A stretch of 60,573 bases of DNA from a virus (lineage: Duplodnaviria > Caudoviricetes), in IMG/VR virus record IMGVR_UViG_3300017764_000003, positions 1-60,573 of that record; one strand, given 5' to 3'. Every line of letters begins with the position of its first letter. Positions within the stretch are counted from its first letter, which is position 1. The notes beneath the pieces were generated by a model that saw only the letters and a program-made list of their open reading frames with translations, was not told the origin of the DNA and did not search any database. Positions 59,346-60,573 of this stretch are shown here, one piece after another. The position numbers and the translations under genes are program-made.

Positions 59346-59645
59346 ATGAATTACGTAGGAAAAAGATTAGAAGTTTTTAGGAATCAGGGTGACAGAGATG
59401 CAAGGATTGTATCAATGGCACATGGTCTTGATGTTGGATTACTTAATGATGAGATTGATGTACTAATAGAGTACGAGATGCCAAACGGTACAACAGCATT
59501 GAACATTGTTAAACCTGATGGAAGTTATAAGACTCTGCCATACGGAAAGCTACAGTCTAGCAAGAAATGGAGAGAGCATTTAGATGAAAGTTTATTGATC
59601 AATAACCCACAATCGGGTAAGAAGTTTAAATTAGAGGAGGTATAA
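59346..59645 (+). CDS. Hypothetical early protein
   Basis: AAGGAGG RBS. Confidence 0.7.
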   Translation: MNYVGKRLEVFRNQGDRDARIVSMAHGLDVGLLNDEIDVLIEYEMPNGTTALNIVKPDGSYKTLPYGKLQSSKKWREHLDESLLINNPQSGKKFKLEEV

Positions 59646-59646
59646 G

Positions 59647-59946
59647 ATGAAAGTCATTAAAGTAAACAATCAAAAGTGCGAAGTTATATTTGAAAAATAT
59701 ATGATGAACGGAGCAACAGCTATTAATTTAATTTGTTTAGATGAAGGAGAGCCATATGCTACAGCCACCATCAATATGCCTGAAGTTTATCTAGAAAAAG
59801 ATGAACTTATTATTAAAAACTATGGCGAAAACGAAGGCATATTAGATGCACTCGTTAAAGAAAATATAGTTGAAGACACAGGGGTAAAGGTTAACGTAGG
59901 TTATGCTTACGCTAACATTTGTAAATTAAAAACAAAGGAGGTATAA
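59647..59946 (+). CDS. DUF4313-like protein
   Basis: GEPYATATIN...IKNY.EN.G....L...I...TG....G motif. Confidence 0.7.
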   Translation: MKVIKVNNQKCEVIFEKYMMNGATAINLICLDEGEPYATATINMPEVYLEKDELIIKNYGENEGILDALVKENIVEDTGVKVNVGYAYANICKLKTKEV

Positions 59947-59947
59947 G

Positions 59948-60118
59948 ATGAGTGATCAAAGATTTAGTATCAACTTAACAATGTCAGACATTGAAGAGTT
60001 ACACGAAAGAATACTTAACGCTGACGATGGTGAGCAAGAGATAGTATTTGAATGGGGAATTATGAATTTAGATGGCGATCAAGCCGAATTAACTATCTCA
60101 GTAGGAGATGATGAATAA
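59948..60118 (+). CDS. 56-aa highly acidic early protein
   Basis: Read by hand; AAGGAGGTATAAGATG junction. Confidence 0.7.
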   Translation: MSDQRFSINLTMSDIEELHERILNADDGEQEIVFEWGIMNLDGDQAELTISVGDDE

Positions 60119-60135
60119 AACAAAGGAGGTATAAG

Positions 60136-60309
60136 ATGACTAGAGATATATCACTACCAAACGGAGAATATCTACAAATTAAATTTGAATATGCAGGTTT
60201 AGTTTATGATAGATATGATAAGAATGATAATCTAATTGAGGAATTAGGATACGATTTATATATTGAAACGTGTCCACATTTATTTAAAGAAGGTGAACAA
60301 CCATTTTAA
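60136..60309 (+). CDS. 57-aa early protein
   Basis: Read by hand; AAGGAGGTATAAGATG junction. Confidence 0.7.
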   Translation: MTRDISLPNGEYLQIKFEYAGLVYDRYDKNDNLIEELGYDLYIETCPHLFKEGEQPF

Positions 60310-60322
60310 AAGGAGGTATAAT

Positions 60323-60568
60323 ATGGAATTAAAATTAGCAGAATTATTAGAGAGTCGCAATTATGCAATAGAAATTAGAGAAGATTATTCAGGTCGTGGG
60401 ATGTACGGTAAAAGCACAGCAGGAATTGTATGTGATGAGTCCGATATGTTTGAAGCACTTGCAGAAATAATGGAAAGTGGTGACAAAGAAGAAAGAGAAT
60501 ACGTAGCCAAAGAAATCAGATATGGATTCAGAACAGATTCAATGGGGTATTCAACAATTTATTATTAA
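60323..60568 (+). CDS. Conserved small phage protein
   Basis: YSGRGMYG...D.MG...IYY motif; RBS places the start at 60323. Confidence 0.75.
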   Translation: MELKLAELLESRNYAIEIREDYSGRGMYGKSTAGIVCDESDMFEALAEIMESGDKEEREYVAKEIRYGFRTDSMGYSTIYY

Positions 60569-60573
60569 AACAA

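Larger units (their letters stand above)
1..60573. mobile_element. Tailed dsDNA phage genome, probably complete and circularly permuted, podovirus-like, likely Bacteroidota host
   Basis: Terminase, portal, capsid, tail and lysis genes plus a replication module; no tape-measure or sheath gene recognised; both window ends lie in the same SD-rich small early-gene cluster. Confidence 0.92.

Noticed and set aside
1-60573. Alternative genetic code (stop-codon reassignment)
   Set aside because: Standard code gives long intact ORFs and dense packing; TAA, TAG and TGA all end genes
1-60573. Integrated prophage with host flanks
   Set aside because: No host genes, integrase or att-like boundary recognised; both ends lie in the same early-gene cluster

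Overview
The window looks like an essentially complete, circularly permuted ~60.6 kb AT-rich tailed phage genome, probably podovirus-like. A Bacteroidota (Flavobacteriia-like, probably aquatic) host is inferred from TTTG-N19-TAnnTTTG promoters and DUF932/DUF4373-like genes. The + strand arm runs 56107 to the end, then 1 to ~11343. It carries small early genes, then recombination and replication genes: DnaA-C-type HTH, DUF932, Rad52-like annealase, DUF4373-like initiator, T7-gp4/Twinkle-like primase-helicase, SSB and MazG-like. The - strand arm (54722 down to 11387) carries HNH, RepL-like HTH, terminase, portal, scaffold, major capsid, tail ring/nozzle proteins, a sulfotransferase, ejection proteins including a 3554-aa giant, tail fibres and lysis genes. 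The arms converge on a bidirectional terminator at ~11345 and diverge from a 1.4 kb non-coding region (54723-56106). I recognised no DNA polymerase, RNA polymerase, integrase, reverse transcriptase, CRISPR array or canonical tRNA. The main unexplained signals are: (1) a ~530-nt densely base-paired ORF-free element ending in a tRNA-like cloverleaf just before the first early gene; (2) a 24/25-nt inverted copy of part of it 44.6 kb away at the end of the late operon; (3) three dispersed TGCA-repeat plus AAAG-tract blocks at the heads of three transcription units; (4) strong AAGGAGG Shine-Dalgarno/stop/start junctions concentrated in early genes; (5) apparent genome-wide absence of CCAG/CTGG. Family names come from motif recognition, not database searches.
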